The notes: a model not told the origin generated them from the sequence alone. A stretch of 61,870 bases of DNA, filler included, from Chiloscyllium plagiosum (GCF_004010195.1; 3 parts of one record of this genome joined end to end with filler, not necessarily neighbours in it); one strand, 5' to 3'; positions 1 to 12,499 are shown, counted from the whole stretch's first letter. Program-made: numbers and translations.

Positions 1-1595
1 TGTGGGATTTAAACAGGGATTGGTAGGTGTTAGTGTCTTTTATTTCTGGAACTCACTTGGTTGGGGAAACTGAGCTTCCGATAGCAATGGTTCTTTCAGT
101 CACCAAGGATATTTTGAAGGTGGAAGAAGTGAACGTGTAAGTATAACGAAATGTACATAAGATCAAGGTGAAGGAATTAGGAGACAAGCTGGAGTGGAAG
201 CTAACGTGAGGAATATGAGATAATATAAGCGGGAGCTCAGCAAGTAAATTTGCTAGGAAGCCTATCAGCATCTGAAAAAATACTAAACATCAATTACAGA
301 TAAAGCAGCTTGAGATATAAGCTGAAATAAAACAGGTCTGAACTAAGACTAAAAACATTTGAAATATAAGCAAGGGCTTCAGCAGAAGTAAAGGAAGTAA
401 AAGCGAGGCTGAGTAAGGAACACAGTGTGGATGAGCATGCCCCTGGTTTTCAAAAGCCTGATGAAAAGCTATTTATGTACTTTAAGGCATTGCCTAGATT
501 TGATATGAAAGCATTTTTATACCATTTGAAAAAGTGGCTAAACAAATGCAGTAGTCAGTGACCATGTAGGTTTTTAAAGTCCAAACAAAACTTGTGAGTG
601 GAGTTGGTGAGGTGTTCACATCACTATCAGAGGAGGTACCTGGGGAGAATATCGTGGTGAAAAATCCATCTTGACTGCAGATGAGTTTCCACCACAGAAT
701 TACGGAATGAAACAGAATATAGAAAATAGAATACCGGATAACTTATCCTATCCAAAAGCCCACAGACTATCCCGAATTAATTATGCTGTTCTGAAAATAC
801 TTGCAACAATCCTAATAAACAAACTCTTGAGCACAAAGAATAAAAATGACACAAGAAGCTTAACGGTTATGAAGTGGAAGAACAGAAAAATTGAGAGAGC
901 TTTATGTTTTAACTGTGACCCTGATTCAAATTACCCTTAACTAACCTGCGCAGCTGGAGAGCTGCCCACGCACCTTGATTGTACGAATCGTTTTTACATT
1001 TTGAAAAATTTGGATCTGAAGCATTCTCTGTTCGGTATAATCAAAAGGGATACAAATTACCATTCAAACTTCAGATTTGGTAGAAGTTTATGTCATTTAG
1101 AATTTATCTGGAAAGCTCTAAGGGCAATCTAACCATGTCAAAGATAAAGGTCCGTCACACCAGGAAGTTTAAGAAGTAAGAAGTGCTGCAAGATGGCAGA
1201 ATAATATACATTGGAGCAAAAGGTGAAATTTAGCTTCCAACAGGAATTTCATATTGCGGCAGATAGAAATTAGTAGAAGGGGTCATGCTTCACTAGAAAA
1301 GGAAAAGGTCATCACCCTGGAAATAACTGGCGACAGGGAAAGTGTGAAGCCCAAGGGGTTGAAAACGACGTGGAAGTTCTCAGGTGTTTCCATTGTCGTA
1401 AGGTGGGACACGTAACATTTATTTAGAAAGGCAATGGGAGAAAATATTTGGCAAACAAAGCTTAGGCAGTAAGATTAGAGGAAATTGGAAACAGATAGGA
1501 AATAATGAAATTCCAAAAACGTCGAGGAGCTGAGGGGAGTTCAAAGCCTCGGTAGCGACTAAGTATTGAGTAAGTGCCCGATCTCTACAAAGACT
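1..1595 (+). mobile_element. Degenerate Ty3/gypsy (Gmr1-like) LTR retrotransposon, gag region
   Basis: Hand translation at ~490-640 gives ALPRFD...FEKVAKQM...VQTKLVSGVGEVFTSLSEE, with stops and frameshifts. A partial zinc knuckle CFHCRKVGH lies at 1385-1411. The region is homologous to the copies at 7124-7290 and 59093-59500. Confidence 0.8.
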
Positions 1596-3750
1596 CTTGC
1601 AAAAAAGCTATATCATAGAACATAGAACATAGAATATAGGAACATACAGCGCAGTACAGGCCCTTTGGCCCTCGATGTTGCGCTGATCCAAGCCCACCTA
1701 ACCTATATGAGCCCACTATCCTCCATATGCCTATCCAATGCCCGTTTAAATGCCCATAAAGAGGGAGAGTCCACCACTGCTACTGGCAGGGCATTCCATG
1801 AACTCACGACTCGCTGAGTAAAGAATCTACCCCTAACATCTGTCTTATACCTACCACCCCTTAAATTAAAGCTATTCCCCCTTGCAATAGCTGACTCCAT
1901 ACGTGGAAAAAGGTTCTCATGGTCAACCCTATCTAAACCCCTAATCATCTTGTACACATCCATCAAGTCACTCCTACACCTTCTTTTTTCCAATGAAAAC
2001 AGCCCCAAGTGCCTCAGCCTTTCCTCATACGATCTTCCTACCATAGCAGGCAACATCCTAGTAAACCTCCTCTGCACCCGTTCCAGTGCCTCCACATCCT
2101 TCCAATAGTATGGCGACCAAAACTGCACACAATACTCCAGATGCGGCCGCACCAGAGTCTTATACAACTGCAACATGACCTCAGGATTCCGGAACTCAAT
2201 TCCTCAAACAATAAAAGCCAATACGCCATATGCCTTCTTCACCGCACTACTTACCTGGGTGGCAACTTTCAGAGATCTGTGTACATGGACACCAAGATCC
2301 CTCTGCTCATCCACACTACCAAGTATCCGACCATTAGCCCAGTACCCCATCTTTTTGTTACTCATACCAAAATGAAACACCTCACACTTACCGACATTGA
2401 GCTCCATTTGCCACCTTTCTGCCCAGCTCTGCAGCTTATCTATATCCTGCTGCAACCTGACACATCCTTCCTCACTGTCAACCACTCCTCCGCAAACTTG
2501 CTCACCCAAACTTCTAGCCCCTCCTCCAGGTCATTTATAAAAATGACAAACAGCAATGGTCCCAAAACAGATCCTTGCGGAACTCCGTATGCCCAATTCC
2601 TGTGCCTCCACCGTATCTGCTCCCAGGAGGACCTATTTTATCACAGAACACACCAGACGGCCTCCTTCTTTGAAGACCACAATTTCCCTTCCCACGTGTT
2701 TGAAGATGCCCTCCAACGCATCTCATCAGCATCCTGCACATCCGCCTTCAAACCCCACCCCTCCGACCCTAACAAGTGCAGAATCTCCCAGTCCCTATCT
2801 TTCACCCTAGCAACCTTCTCATAAACCGCATCATCCACCGACATTACACCACCTCCACACAGACCACACCATCAGGGATATTTTTCCCTCCCCACCATTT
2901 CCACTTTCCGCAAAGACCGACCCTCGTTACTACCTGGTAATGACAACGCCCCCAACAACCCACCCTCCGTTTCTGGCACTATCCCTTGCCACCGCAGGAA
3001 TTGCAAAACCTGCACCTAAACCTCCTCCCTCACCTCCATCCAAGGCCCCAAAGGATCCTTTCACATCCATCAATGTTTTACCTGCACATCCAGCAATGTA
3101 TTTTATTGTATGCGTTCCTCCCAATGCGGTCTCCTCTACATTGGGGGAGACTGGACACCTTCTCCCAGAGCTCTTTAGGGAACGTCTCCGGGACAGCTGC
3201 ACCAATCAACCCACTGTCCCTTGTCGGAACATTTCAACTCTCTCTCCCGCTCTGCTGAGGACATGCTGGTCCTTGGCCTCCTCCACCACCAATCGTTCAC
3301 CAGCTGATTCCTGGATGGAAAATGCCTGATCTTCCGCCTCGCAATATTTCAACACCAGGGCATCAATGTGGACGTCACCAGTTTCCTAATTTCCCTTCCC
3401 TCCACGTTAACCCAGTTCCAACCTCCGAGCTCAGCAGTATCCTCATGACCTGTCCTACTTGCCAATCTTCATCCCAACTGATCCACTCCACCCTCCTGTC
3501 TGAGCTATCACCTTCATCCCCACCTTCATTCACCTATTGTACTTTTGGGCTACCTTCTCCCCACCTACAGCACTCTCTAATTTATCTCTCCACCCCGTAG
3601 GCTGCCTGCCATCATTCCTCATGAAGGGCTTTTGCCAGAAACGTCGATTTTCCTGTTCTTCGGATGTTGCCTGATCTGCTGTGCTTTTCCAGCACCGCTA
3701 TCATCGAGACTCTGATTTCCAGCATCTGCAGTACCCACTTTTGCTTTGAT
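1596..3750 (+). mobile_element. Penelope-like element (RT C-terminus, GIY-YIG endonuclease, 3' terminal repeat), interrupted by a CR1
   Basis: SCKKAI (1595-1612) continues as PYAQFLCLHRICS (from ~2585). The GIY-YIG region reads FTCTSSNVFYC...CGLLYIGETG (~3075-3155). The terminal repeat with a hammerhead-like motif is at 3617-3646. AAAGACT flanks it at 1589-1595 and 3751-3757. Confidence 0.85.
1613..2586 (-). mobile_element. CR1 LINE, 5'-truncated (ORF2 RT C-terminus, 3' UTR and (GTTCTAT)n tail)
   Basis: ORF 1703-2176 reads [19 protein letters not shown]...FFTQRVVSSWNALP. ORF 2204-2509 reads LQQDIDKLQSWAERWQMELNVGKC. GVPQGSVLGPLLF is at the 5' end. The CATAGAA tail repeats are at 1614-1645. 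Confidence 0.95.
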
Positions 3751-4222
3751 AAAGACTTCACCACTGTGGTTTTACTGTGATCTGGAAGAAAAGGGGGACA
3801 AGGGAAGGACGTTATAATTTTAAGAGAAACGGGATTTGGTGAGTCTCACATATTAAGAGAAGAAAGAAAATGCACTCTCATATTATCTGAAACGAGGATG
3901 AGTTGTGGAATACATCGACAGAAATTTAGCGTTTCCCTTAACTCAGATCAAGTTGGAGAGTCAAATTAAGACTGCAGAAGTAACAATGGAAGTGATTGGC
4001 AGTCAGTTCCTGGAAACGACCTAGAAGGATCCACGGCAGGACTGATGCTCCTTGTGCTCTCAAAGTCAAAATAAAACCAAAAAACTGAGGACATAAAAGA
4101 AACGTACCTTGATCTTTTTCCAGACTGTCATTAACAAGATCCCATCATCATAAGTTACAGCAAGAAGGAAGAAGTAAAGAGAAAAATGAAGAAGTTGGTG
4201 TTCAGTCAGCTATCACACTTCT
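3751..4222 (+). mobile_element. Continuation of the Gmr1-like element: aspartic protease remnant
   Basis: GKDVIILRETG at ~3803-3835 matches EVIILRDTG in the minus-strand copy at ~58500-58530. The sequence is colinear across the 1596-3750 insert. Confidence 0.75.
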
Positions 4223-5160
4223 AAGTTTGGGTGAAGATTTGCAGCTTGGGTGCTCGTTGTTGTGGTTCTGTTCGCCGAGGTGGGAATTTGTCTTGCAAAC
4301 GTTTCGTCCCCTGTCTAGGTGACATCTTCAGTGCTTGGGAGCCTCATGTAAAGCGCTTCTGTGCTGTTTCCTCCGACATTTATAGTGGCCTGTCTCTGCC
4401 GCTTCCAGTTGTCAGTTCCAGCTGTCCGCTGTAGTGGCCGGTATATTGGGTCCAGGTCGATGTGTTTGTTGATAGTGTCTTTGGATGCGTGCCATGCCTC
4501 GAGGAATTCCCTGGCTGTTCTCTGTTTGGCTTGGCCTATAATGGTAGTGTTGTCCCAGTCGAATTCATGTTGCTTGTCATCTGTGTGTGTGGCTACTAAG
4601 GATCACTGGTCGTGTCGTTTCGTGGCTAGTTGGTGTTCATGGATACGGATCGTTAGCTGTCTTCCTGTTTGTCTTATGTAGGGTTCTGTGCAGACCTTGC
4701 ATGGGATTTTGTACACTACATTGGTTTTGCTCATGCTGGGTATCGTCATTCGTTCTGGTGAGTTGTTGTCTGAGAGTGGCTGTTGGTTTGTGTCCTGTTA
4801 TTAGATTAGATTACTTTACAGTGTGGAAACAGGCCCTTCGGCCCAACAAGTCCACACCGACCCGCCGAAGCGTAACCCACCCATACCCCTACATTTACCC
4901 CTTACCTAACACTACGGGCAATTTAGCATGGCCAATTCACCTGACCTGCACATCTTTGGACTGTGGGAGGAAACCGGAGCACCCGGAGGAAACCCACGCA
5001 GACACGGGGAGAACGTGCAAACTCCACACAGTCAGTCGCCTGAGGCGGGAATTGAACCCGGGTCTCTGGCGCTGCGAGGCAGCAGTGCTAACCACTGTGC
5101 CACCGTGCCGCCCACTAAGTCCTAGTTATGAGTCCTAGTGGTCGCAGTAGTGGTCGCGAA
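4223..5160 (-). mobile_element. Penelope-like element (second family), interrupted by a SINE
   Basis: The minus strand encodes a GIY-YIG region (NVVYKIPCKVCTEPYIRQTGRQLTIRIHEHQLATKRHD...HEFDWDN). The terminal repeat with a hammerhead motif is at 4295-4334. It is homologous to 34363-35380 and 60015-60185. Confidence 0.85.
4800..5115 (-). mobile_element. tRNA-derived V-SINE (HE1-type shark SINE)
   Basis: The minus strand shows A box TGGCACAGTGG, B box GGTTCAATTCC, V-domain core TGTGTGGAGTTTGCACGTTCTCCCCGTGTCTGCGTGGGTTTCCTCCGGGTGCTCCGGTTTCCTCCCAC, a CR1-derived 3' end and a (TCTAA)n tail. Confidence 0.92.
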
Positions 5161-5164
5161 CTAG

Positions 5165-5715
5165 GTTTCTGTGTGTGTAACCCCGACAGGGCTATATCAA
5201 TTCAACGTGAAGCACTTTGGAATGAATAAGGCATCAGTCACATTCCAAAAACTCGTGAACAGAATTGTGGCCGGATTCAACAATTAAGCCATTTATCTTG
5301 ATGATGTAGTGATCTTAAACCTTTCCTGGAATGTACACAAGTACTGTGGATAGACCTGTTGGAACGATTGCGAAAAGCAAACTTTATAAAAAAACGAAAG
5401 AAAAAAATCACAAAGGCAGAAATATAGTCCTTTGAGAAATCTTCGAACATGGAAAATGGCTGAAGAAACCTGAAGACGAAGGCTATCAAAGAATTTCTAT
5501 AACCATCCTCGAAAAAGGAGCTGTTTCGACTTTTGTGACTAAAAGGATTCTATGTGACATTTCTACTAAATGTCAGCAACGTGATGGCAGGCCGATGGAT
5601 TTACTGAAGAAGAACACCAAACTACGGTGCACAGCACAATGCCAGGAGGCATTTGAAACTGCAAATGCCGTACTAGTCATTGCAAAAGTTATAGTTATAC
5701 AATTTTGTTTGAAAC
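5165..5715 (+). mobile_element. Gypsy reverse transcriptase remnant
   Basis: GLYQFNVKHFGMNKASVTFQKLVNRIVAG at ~5190-5276, IYLDDVVI at ~5291-5314, and the connection domain MDLLKKNTKLRCTAQCQEAFETANAVL. Confidence 0.8.
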
Positions 5716-6511
5716 TGTTATGAAGTTGTAGCGGTGTACTGTAAATTAAAGAGCATTGAAACTCGAGCAAGGAGTGAGAGTCCTGAACAAAGTAAGTGTT
5801 TAAAACGTGAAAATCAAATAACTGCAGCTGAGATGCCATGAAACAAAAATGAACACAATTTCGGCCAATCACATTTAATTATGCCGCAAGATCCAACATT
5901 CAATCAAATTTAAATTTTGTATTTTCAAAATATCAAGTCAATGAAACCATCCGATATTTTGGGGATATAAAACGAACATTTTGAATTATTAGAAGGAGAA
6001 CTGCCGAGCAAACAATAAGAACAGGCGGCCAGCTGAACAGTTCTCTGAAAGGTACCAATCTCCCAAACGCTGCACAGCAGAACATCGAAACCGACTTCGA
6101 GAAAAATGTACTTAGGAAAATCTACAAAGGAGAATTGAAAAAGCTGACTAGTTTTGACATTTCTTTTAAGGAAATCTTAATCAGGATTTTGTTTTATTGT
6201 ACCATTATTGCAGAGTGGGAGGTACAAGATAACTTTAAGAGTCAGGAATTGCTCTGTTTGATTTAAAGTTTAAATTAGCTTTTGTTAATATTTACTTTGA
6301 ATAGTGAGTAGTTAAGGCCAGAAGACATAGAAGTGGAAGTAAAGCCATTCGACCCGTCGAGTCCACTCCGCTATTCAATCATGGCTGATGGGCATTTCAA
6401 CTTCACTTACCCGCTTCTTTGCTTCTCGAATTCTGACAGATTTTGGCAAGAGGTAAACCTTTTCTGTGTGACTGGTTTAAATTAGCAGAGGGATTTCCCC
6501 TTATCGTAACA
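5716..6511 (+). repeat. LTR of a gypsy element (TG...CA termini)
   Basis: It starts TGTTATGA (5716) and ends TCGTAACA (6504-6511), a 7/8 inverted terminal match. It is followed by a PBS-like sequence and a gag remnant. Confidence 0.7.
6322..6414 (-). mobile_element. Short CR1 3'-UTR fragment inserted in the LTR
   Basis: Closely matches 51707-51800 (GACATAG.AGTGGAAGTAA..CCATTC..CCC.TCGAGTCCACTCCG..ATTCAATCATGGCTGATGGGCATTTCAAC). Confidence 0.75.
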
Positions 6512-6514
6512 TTT

Positions 6515-6535
6515 TGCGGCTTTCGTCCGTGATTT
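6515..6535 (+). promoter_or_regulatory. Degenerate primer-binding site (tRNA-Pro-like)
   Basis: TGCGGCTTTCGTCCGTGATTT lies 3 nt after the LTR end and resembles the tRNA-Pro PBS TGGGGGCTCGTCCGGGATTT. Confidence 0.5.
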
Positions 6536-6699
6536 CGACTGGTTTTGACAGATACAGCCTTAGATTTGGACTGATCCCAATAGATTTGGGATACAAAAAC
6601 TCTCAGTAGATTAAATACTTGCATGTTAGTGTTCTAGAAATTAAATAAAACGTAGCCAAGACATTTTCTTAAAATTTCATCGAATTGTGGTTGGTTAAA

Positions 6700-7290
6700 T
6701 TTAAATTGAGAGAAATAGCTGTATACACTGCGAAAGAAATTGTGAGGTTTAAAGATGATTCTCAAATTTGCCAAGAATATTCAGCAGGAGAGAAAAAGAC
6801 CATACTTTTAGAATTAGCAAAGAATCTAGGTTTGGGTTTAACCAAGGACAAATTTAACCTGAAATTGTAATGAAGTTATTTAAACAGTTAGGTATGTCAG
6901 AGAAACAGAAAAGAGCAGTGGAGTTCGAAAAAAAAACACATTGGATTTGAGGAAAATGAAGTTAGAAGGTAAATAAAGGGAGAGAGAAAGAAACATAGTA
7001 GGGGGGGAATAAAGAGACAGAGACGGTTCTTAGCTGAGCCAAAAGACAGAGAATTTGAATATGAGAAGCTGCGACTGTGTCAGCAATGTCAAGTTAGCAT
7101 GATGGAGGTAAAAGGAGAGGTTAGTGGTATACATTATTAAGTCAAAACTCTCACATTTTGATGAGAAATGCGTTGAACCCTTCTTTATTTCATTTCAAAC
7201 ATTGGCTAGGCAAATGGAATGGTACGAGTATTTATGGTTAATGCTTGTTCAGACTAAACTGGTAGGCAGAGCTAGTGGCGCATTTACTGA
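6700..7290 (+). mobile_element. Second Gmr1-like gag remnant
   Basis: ORF 7124-7360 reads HFDEKCVEPFFISFQTLARQMEWYEYLWLMLVQTKLVGRASGAF. Upstream lie KKTILLELAKNLGL and an E/K/R-rich coiled-coil-type segment. Confidence 0.8.
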
Positions 7291-7299
7291 CACTATTAA

Positions 7300-7870
7300 T
7301 ACTGACTTTGTCATATCTACTACGGTCAGCTATGTCCTCATGTCACGTGGATCAATCTGATTTGGTTGAAGATGGGATTCTGTCATTGTGCAGACATCAT
7401 GACGAGGGTGAATTTGATCATCCACTCAACACTTCAAGATGAGGATGGCATAGATCCTTCATCAAAGTCTTTCATACTGCTGTGCAGGGCTGTTCCATTG
7501 TTTAAGGTTGGAAAATATATGGAGCCGTCTTCTACAGAGAGTTGTTTAGTCGTCCATAACTGGTAGTGGCAGGGCATGACGACATCGATCTGATCTGTTC
7601 GTCTTAGGATCATTTCACCCTCTCTCCAAATGTTAGCTCTGCTGTTTGGAATAGAAACAGTCAAGTACAGTAGCTTTAACGGTTGTCATCAGCTTTAGGT
7701 ACACAAAGCTTAATTCTGGCATGTCCACGCACACTGTCACTGAACCGCAGGTAGGCTTGATGATAATGGTAGACAGGGGATTATTTCGGGACAAAATTCG
7801 GAGACTGTGTTTAAATGCAATTCTGCTTCTGCTGCTGCTATTGTCTACATCACGGCATCAGTGTTCAGAC
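7300..7870 (-). mobile_element. Old non-LTR retrotransposon fragment (CR1/L2-group, endonuclease-linker region)
   Basis: Degenerate similarity to fragments at 32600-32830 and 42560-42870. No intact ORF. Confidence 0.45.
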
Positions 7871-7984
7871 TTCTCTTTTAAAAGCTGCACAGCTCTGTCA
7901 TTGAAAATAATTAAAGAGGATTTATCATATGGAAATGAGTTGAGAGCAACAGATAATGGGCCAGGAGAGAAGAGCAATAAAGTC

Positions 7985-9800
7985 ATAGATTATTAGAATT
8001 ATACAGAACCAAACACTTTGACTTAGATTGTCCGTGCCGACCAGGTTTCCAAAACTGATGAATCCGATTTATCTGCATTTATAATAACTCATTTTTCCCT
8101 GTTCATATATCTATCCTAATATGTATTAAATGTTTTAAATTTATTTGTCTTTTCCACTTCCTTTGACAGCTCATTACATTCACACACCAAAGTTTGAGAA
8201 AGAGCTGCCTTTTAGATCCCTTCTAAATCAGTCCCTTCTCACTTTAGGCATATGCCCTCTGGTTTTGAACATGTCCACGCTGTAGAAGGAACATTAGGTA
8301 TTCATTTTACCCATGCCATTTGCGATTTTATAAACCTCTTTAAAGTCACCTCTTAGACTCCAACGCAGAAAAAGCAAAGCTCCTGGACAATGCAACCTAT
8401 CAAAACCTCCAGGCTCCATCGCGTCATTTAAATGTTTTTGTGTCCATTCGAGTTTATAACATCCTTCCTGCAGCAGGGCAATAGGAATTGTACTCTGTAC
8501 TCCAAATGTGCCATTACCATTGCCTTGCGGAGCCAAAACATGATATCCCAACATTTGTACTCTATGCTATGACCAATGAAGATAAATTGCCGAACGCCTT
8601 CTTCACCGCACTGTCTACCTGCGACTCCATTTTCAAGGAAGTATGTAACTGCAGCCTTAAGTCATCCTGTTTGACAACACACCCAAGATCTGACCATTAA
8701 CTGTATAAATCATGCCCTGGGTTGTCTTACAACTTGCAACACCTCACATTTATTTGCATGAATCTCCATCTGCCATTCCTCGGACCGCGGCCTAATTGAT
8801 CAAGATCTCATTGTTCTCTTCACTGACCTTCTTCACAGTCCAGTATAACACCAACTTCAGATTCGTTTGTAATCTTACTATGCATCATCCAAGACATTTC
8901 TAAAGTTAACGAACAACAGTGGAGAGAGCACCAATCCTCGAGGCTGGTCAGAAGCCTCCAGCTGGAACAATAAATCTAGAATTACACCCTCTGTCTCCTA
9001 ATCTCCTCAAAATTTTGTTTCTAATTGGCTAGCTTTGCGTGATCCCCTTTGGTCTAATATTACTAACCAATCTACCATGTCGAATTTTGTTAGGCCTCAC
9101 TGAGGTCCACGTAGATGACGTAAGATGTTTTGTCTTTATCTATCTTCCTATTCAAGTCTTCAAAAATGTCCAAACGTTTCTGAGAGAGATTTACCATACA
9201 CATAGCTATTATCATATCCAAATCAGTGGTTGACTTCCTGAAAGCATCGAAATTCAGTCTCTCAGAATCTCTTCCAATCACTTACTCACCAATGACATCA
9301 AACTCTCTGGTCTATAGTTCATATGCTTTACCTTGCCGCATTTTAAAAATTAATGCCACAACATTAGCTGTCTTCCAGCACATCAACCGTGGCTGTCAAT
9401 TAGACAAATAAAAACTGAATGAACGGCGGATGCTGTAAATCAGAGACAAATTAGAAGTTTCTGGGAAAGCTCCGCATGTTTGGCATCATCAGATCCTATG
9501 AGGATGTATCAGAGTTTATGTTTCAGATCCAGGGACACGACGTAGGACTTTGAGGAATATTCTGAAACCTTCAGCTCGGAGACCCACAATTTCTTCCCCT
9601 GCTTCCTTCAATAACATAGGACATATTTGAACTGGTCCTGGGTACTTATCTAGGCTTATACAATTTAAGAGTTGAAACACATTTTCTTCTGTAATGTGGC
9701 CTCGTTTTGAAACATCACTAGATATATTTATTTCCCCAATTTCCCGAGCTTCCATCTCTTTCTCCAAAGTAAATACTGACGCGATATATTCATTAAAGAT
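7985..9800 (-). mobile_element. Degenerate CR1 LINE (RT to 3' end)
   Basis: Minus-strand motifs include EIFNEYIASVFTLE, DKYPGPVQICPMLLKE, YVIYVDLSEA and LRGDFKEVYKI. Confidence 0.85.
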
Positions 9801-10082
9801 CTCAACCATCGAGAAAGAACAGGCCATAAGGCCACGGAGTATAGGATGTCGAGGCATGGTCAGGAGAGTGAACCCCGCATGGCCAGAGGCTTATCGACTG
9901 TGTTGTTGAATTGTTAACTGTGTTTCTCTGTTTTTCCACCTTTACAGGAAGGACTGTAATGTCTTACATTTACACTTTGTTTTCTTTTTTCTTCTGATTT
10001 GCACCAAGGATTTATATATCGTAGGTGGTATCTTTGTACCGAAGATTACATCACATGTTATGCCCTGTAATTTGTTTTTAGT

Positions 10083-10400
10083 TGAGATTAGATTAGGTCC
10101 CCTCCAGTATGGAAACAGGTCATTGGGCCCAACAAGGTCAATCGAAGAGTTACCCACCCAGACCCTCATTCCGCTACCCTAAATTCACCTCTGACTAAAA
10201 CACCTAACTATATGGGCAAATTTATATGACCAATTCACCGGACCTGCACATCTTTGGACAATGGGAGAAACCGGAGCACACCGACCTTGACACGGGGTGA
10301 ATGTGCAAATGCCAAACAGACAGACGCCCGAGGCTGGAATCGAACACGGATCGCTGGCATTGTGCAGCAGCAGTACCAACCACTGAGACATCGTACTGTC
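10083..10400 (-). mobile_element. HE1/V-SINE, diverged copy
   Basis: Homologous to 4800-5115 (GGGAGAAACCGGAGCAC, CTGCACATCTTTGGAC, AGATTAGATTAG tail). Confidence 0.85.
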
Positions 10401-11159
10401 TTAATGCTAATGCATATAAAATCAAACCTACTTCTTCTCCTGTGGTTCCGCATATAGATGGCTTGTTGATTTTAAGGGGCCGTATTCTCTCCATAGTTTC
10501 TCTTTTTCCCTTAATATACTTGTAGAATCACTGTTGATTCCCCTCAACTAATTTGTCAAAGCTATCTTAGACCCTCTTTGTCCTTCCATTTTGATTTCCC
10601 TCGGACGTACACTCCTACACCTCTTGTGCTACCAAAGGAAATTATTTTACCCTGACTTCNNNNNNNNNNNNNNNNNNNNNNNNNNNNNNNNNNNNNNNNN
10701 NNNNNNNNNNNNNNNNNNNNNNNNNNNNNNNNNNNNNNNNNNNNNNNNNNNNNNNNNNNNNNNNNNNNNNNNNNNNNNNNNNNNNNNNNNNNNNNNNNNN
10801 NNNNNNNNNNNNNNNNNNNNNNNNNNNNNNNNNNNNNNNNNNNNNNNNNNNNNNNNNNNNNNNNNNNNNNNNNNNNNNNNNNNNNNNNNNNNNNNNNNNN
10901 NNNNNNNNNNNNNNNNNNNNNNNNNNNNNNNNNNNNNNNNNNNNNNNNNNNNNNNNNNNNNNNNNNNNNNNNNNNNNNNNNNNNNNNNNNNNNNNNNNNN
11001 NNNNNNNNNNNNNNNNNNNNNNNNNNNNNNNNNNNNNNNNNNNNNNNNNNNNNNNNNNNNNNNNNNNNNNNNNNNNNNNNNNNNNNNNNNNNNNNNNNNN
11101 NNNNNNNNNNNNNNNNNNNNNNNNNNNNNNNNNNNNNNNNNNNNNNNNNNNNNNNNNNN

Positions 11160-11490
11160 CAATTGTACCAGCCTCCACCACATCCTCTGGCAGCTCATTC
11201 CATACACGTACAACTGTCTGCGTGAAAAGGTTGCCCCTCAGGTCTCTTTTATATCTTTCCTCTCTTACGCTAAATCTATGCCCTCTTGTTCTGAACTCCC
11301 CGACCCCAGGGAAAAGACTTTTTCTATTTATCCCATCCATGCCTCTCATAATTTTGTAAGGTCACCCCTTAGCCTCCGATGGTCCAGGGAAAACAGCCCC
11401 AGCCTGCTCAGCTTCTCCCTGTAGCTCAGATCCTCCAACCCTGGCAACATCCTTCTAAATCTTTTCTGAACCCTTTCAAGTTTCACAACA
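11160..11490 (-). mobile_element. CR1 3' RT fragment
   Basis: MRGMDGINRKSLFPGVGEFRTRGHRFSVR...FTQTVVRVWNELP. Confidence 0.9.
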
Positions 11491-12499
11491 TGTTTCCAAA
11501 CACGTTCTGGGCTGAATTAAACTGCTCAGTTAGAGACCTGACCACTCCTTTTTCTTTACATGGGTCATTTCTACAATATGACCACTTTGAACTGATATCT
11601 CAACTGTCTACATATAAACAAAAAGCCTCTCAAAATCACTCTCAGCTGGTTTATTGACAATCTGAAAAAGGGACAGAGTATCGTTCAGATAATGAACAGC
11701 ATTTAGAAGAAAAATAAGGGCTAGCTTTGTGAAAAATAGTGTGTCATAGCGTTATTGTTTTTGCCACTGTCAGTTCACTGGAAGACTCTTATTTGGTAGT
11801 GGGAGATATGGTCTCAGTGCTTTTCCAATCTCATCGATGTTTGAAAACATTGTTGCCGAAAGAGCAAATGGACATTTTTCAGTGCATTTCATTCATGTCT
11901 CATTTAATTTCGTCATTATACGCATATGATTTTGAGATTTCTCTGTGCAAATCTTCGCCTTCTAGTAACAAGTAAAAATAATTATGAAAGGAATAAGAAT
12001 TGATTATAAATACAGAGCAGAAATCTATTTACTCTGGAATATCTATTTCCTCTCCCCCTCAAAACTGTATGCATGTATCCCACTCTTTTTCCAAACATTC
12101 TTATTCTGCTGCCTCTAACGTACATCCTCCCCATGCACCGAAAGGACCTGTTCAACAGACCCATGCTCACGATTTCCGGCAATGGGCAGTCTCTGCAGAC
12201 TTCCAGGGATCACTTCCATTCCCTTCTGTTACTGCAAGACAATAAATTAACAGAAGAATGAAAACAAAAGGAAGGTTCAAGCAAGCAGTTCGCACATACT
12301 TCCAGTAGAGAAAATAATCGTTTTGTTTGGTATAGGTTTGCTGTCTTTATTTCCCCATTCCTCCAATCGTAGGATTGCGATCATTTGGGGTTGGAGCTTT
12401 GAACACACCCCCACACCCCATTGAGACCAATTAAAAAAGATGGTGCCTTCGATCTGCAGCCAATTGCATTTTGAAGTGTGTTCCAACCCAGCCATTGCA

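Noticed and set aside
1613..3750. Apparent CR1-Penelope chimeric element and the 271-aa ORF 2009-2824
   Set aside because: The Penelope frame continues on both sides of the CR1 (SCKKAI|PYAQFL), so this is a nested insertion. The ORF is antisense CR1 running into Penelope sequence.
4800..5115. tRNA gene-like A and B boxes (also at 43969-44040 and ~10320-10395)
   Set aside because: These are SINE heads followed by the V-domain and a CR1-derived tail, not tRNA genes.
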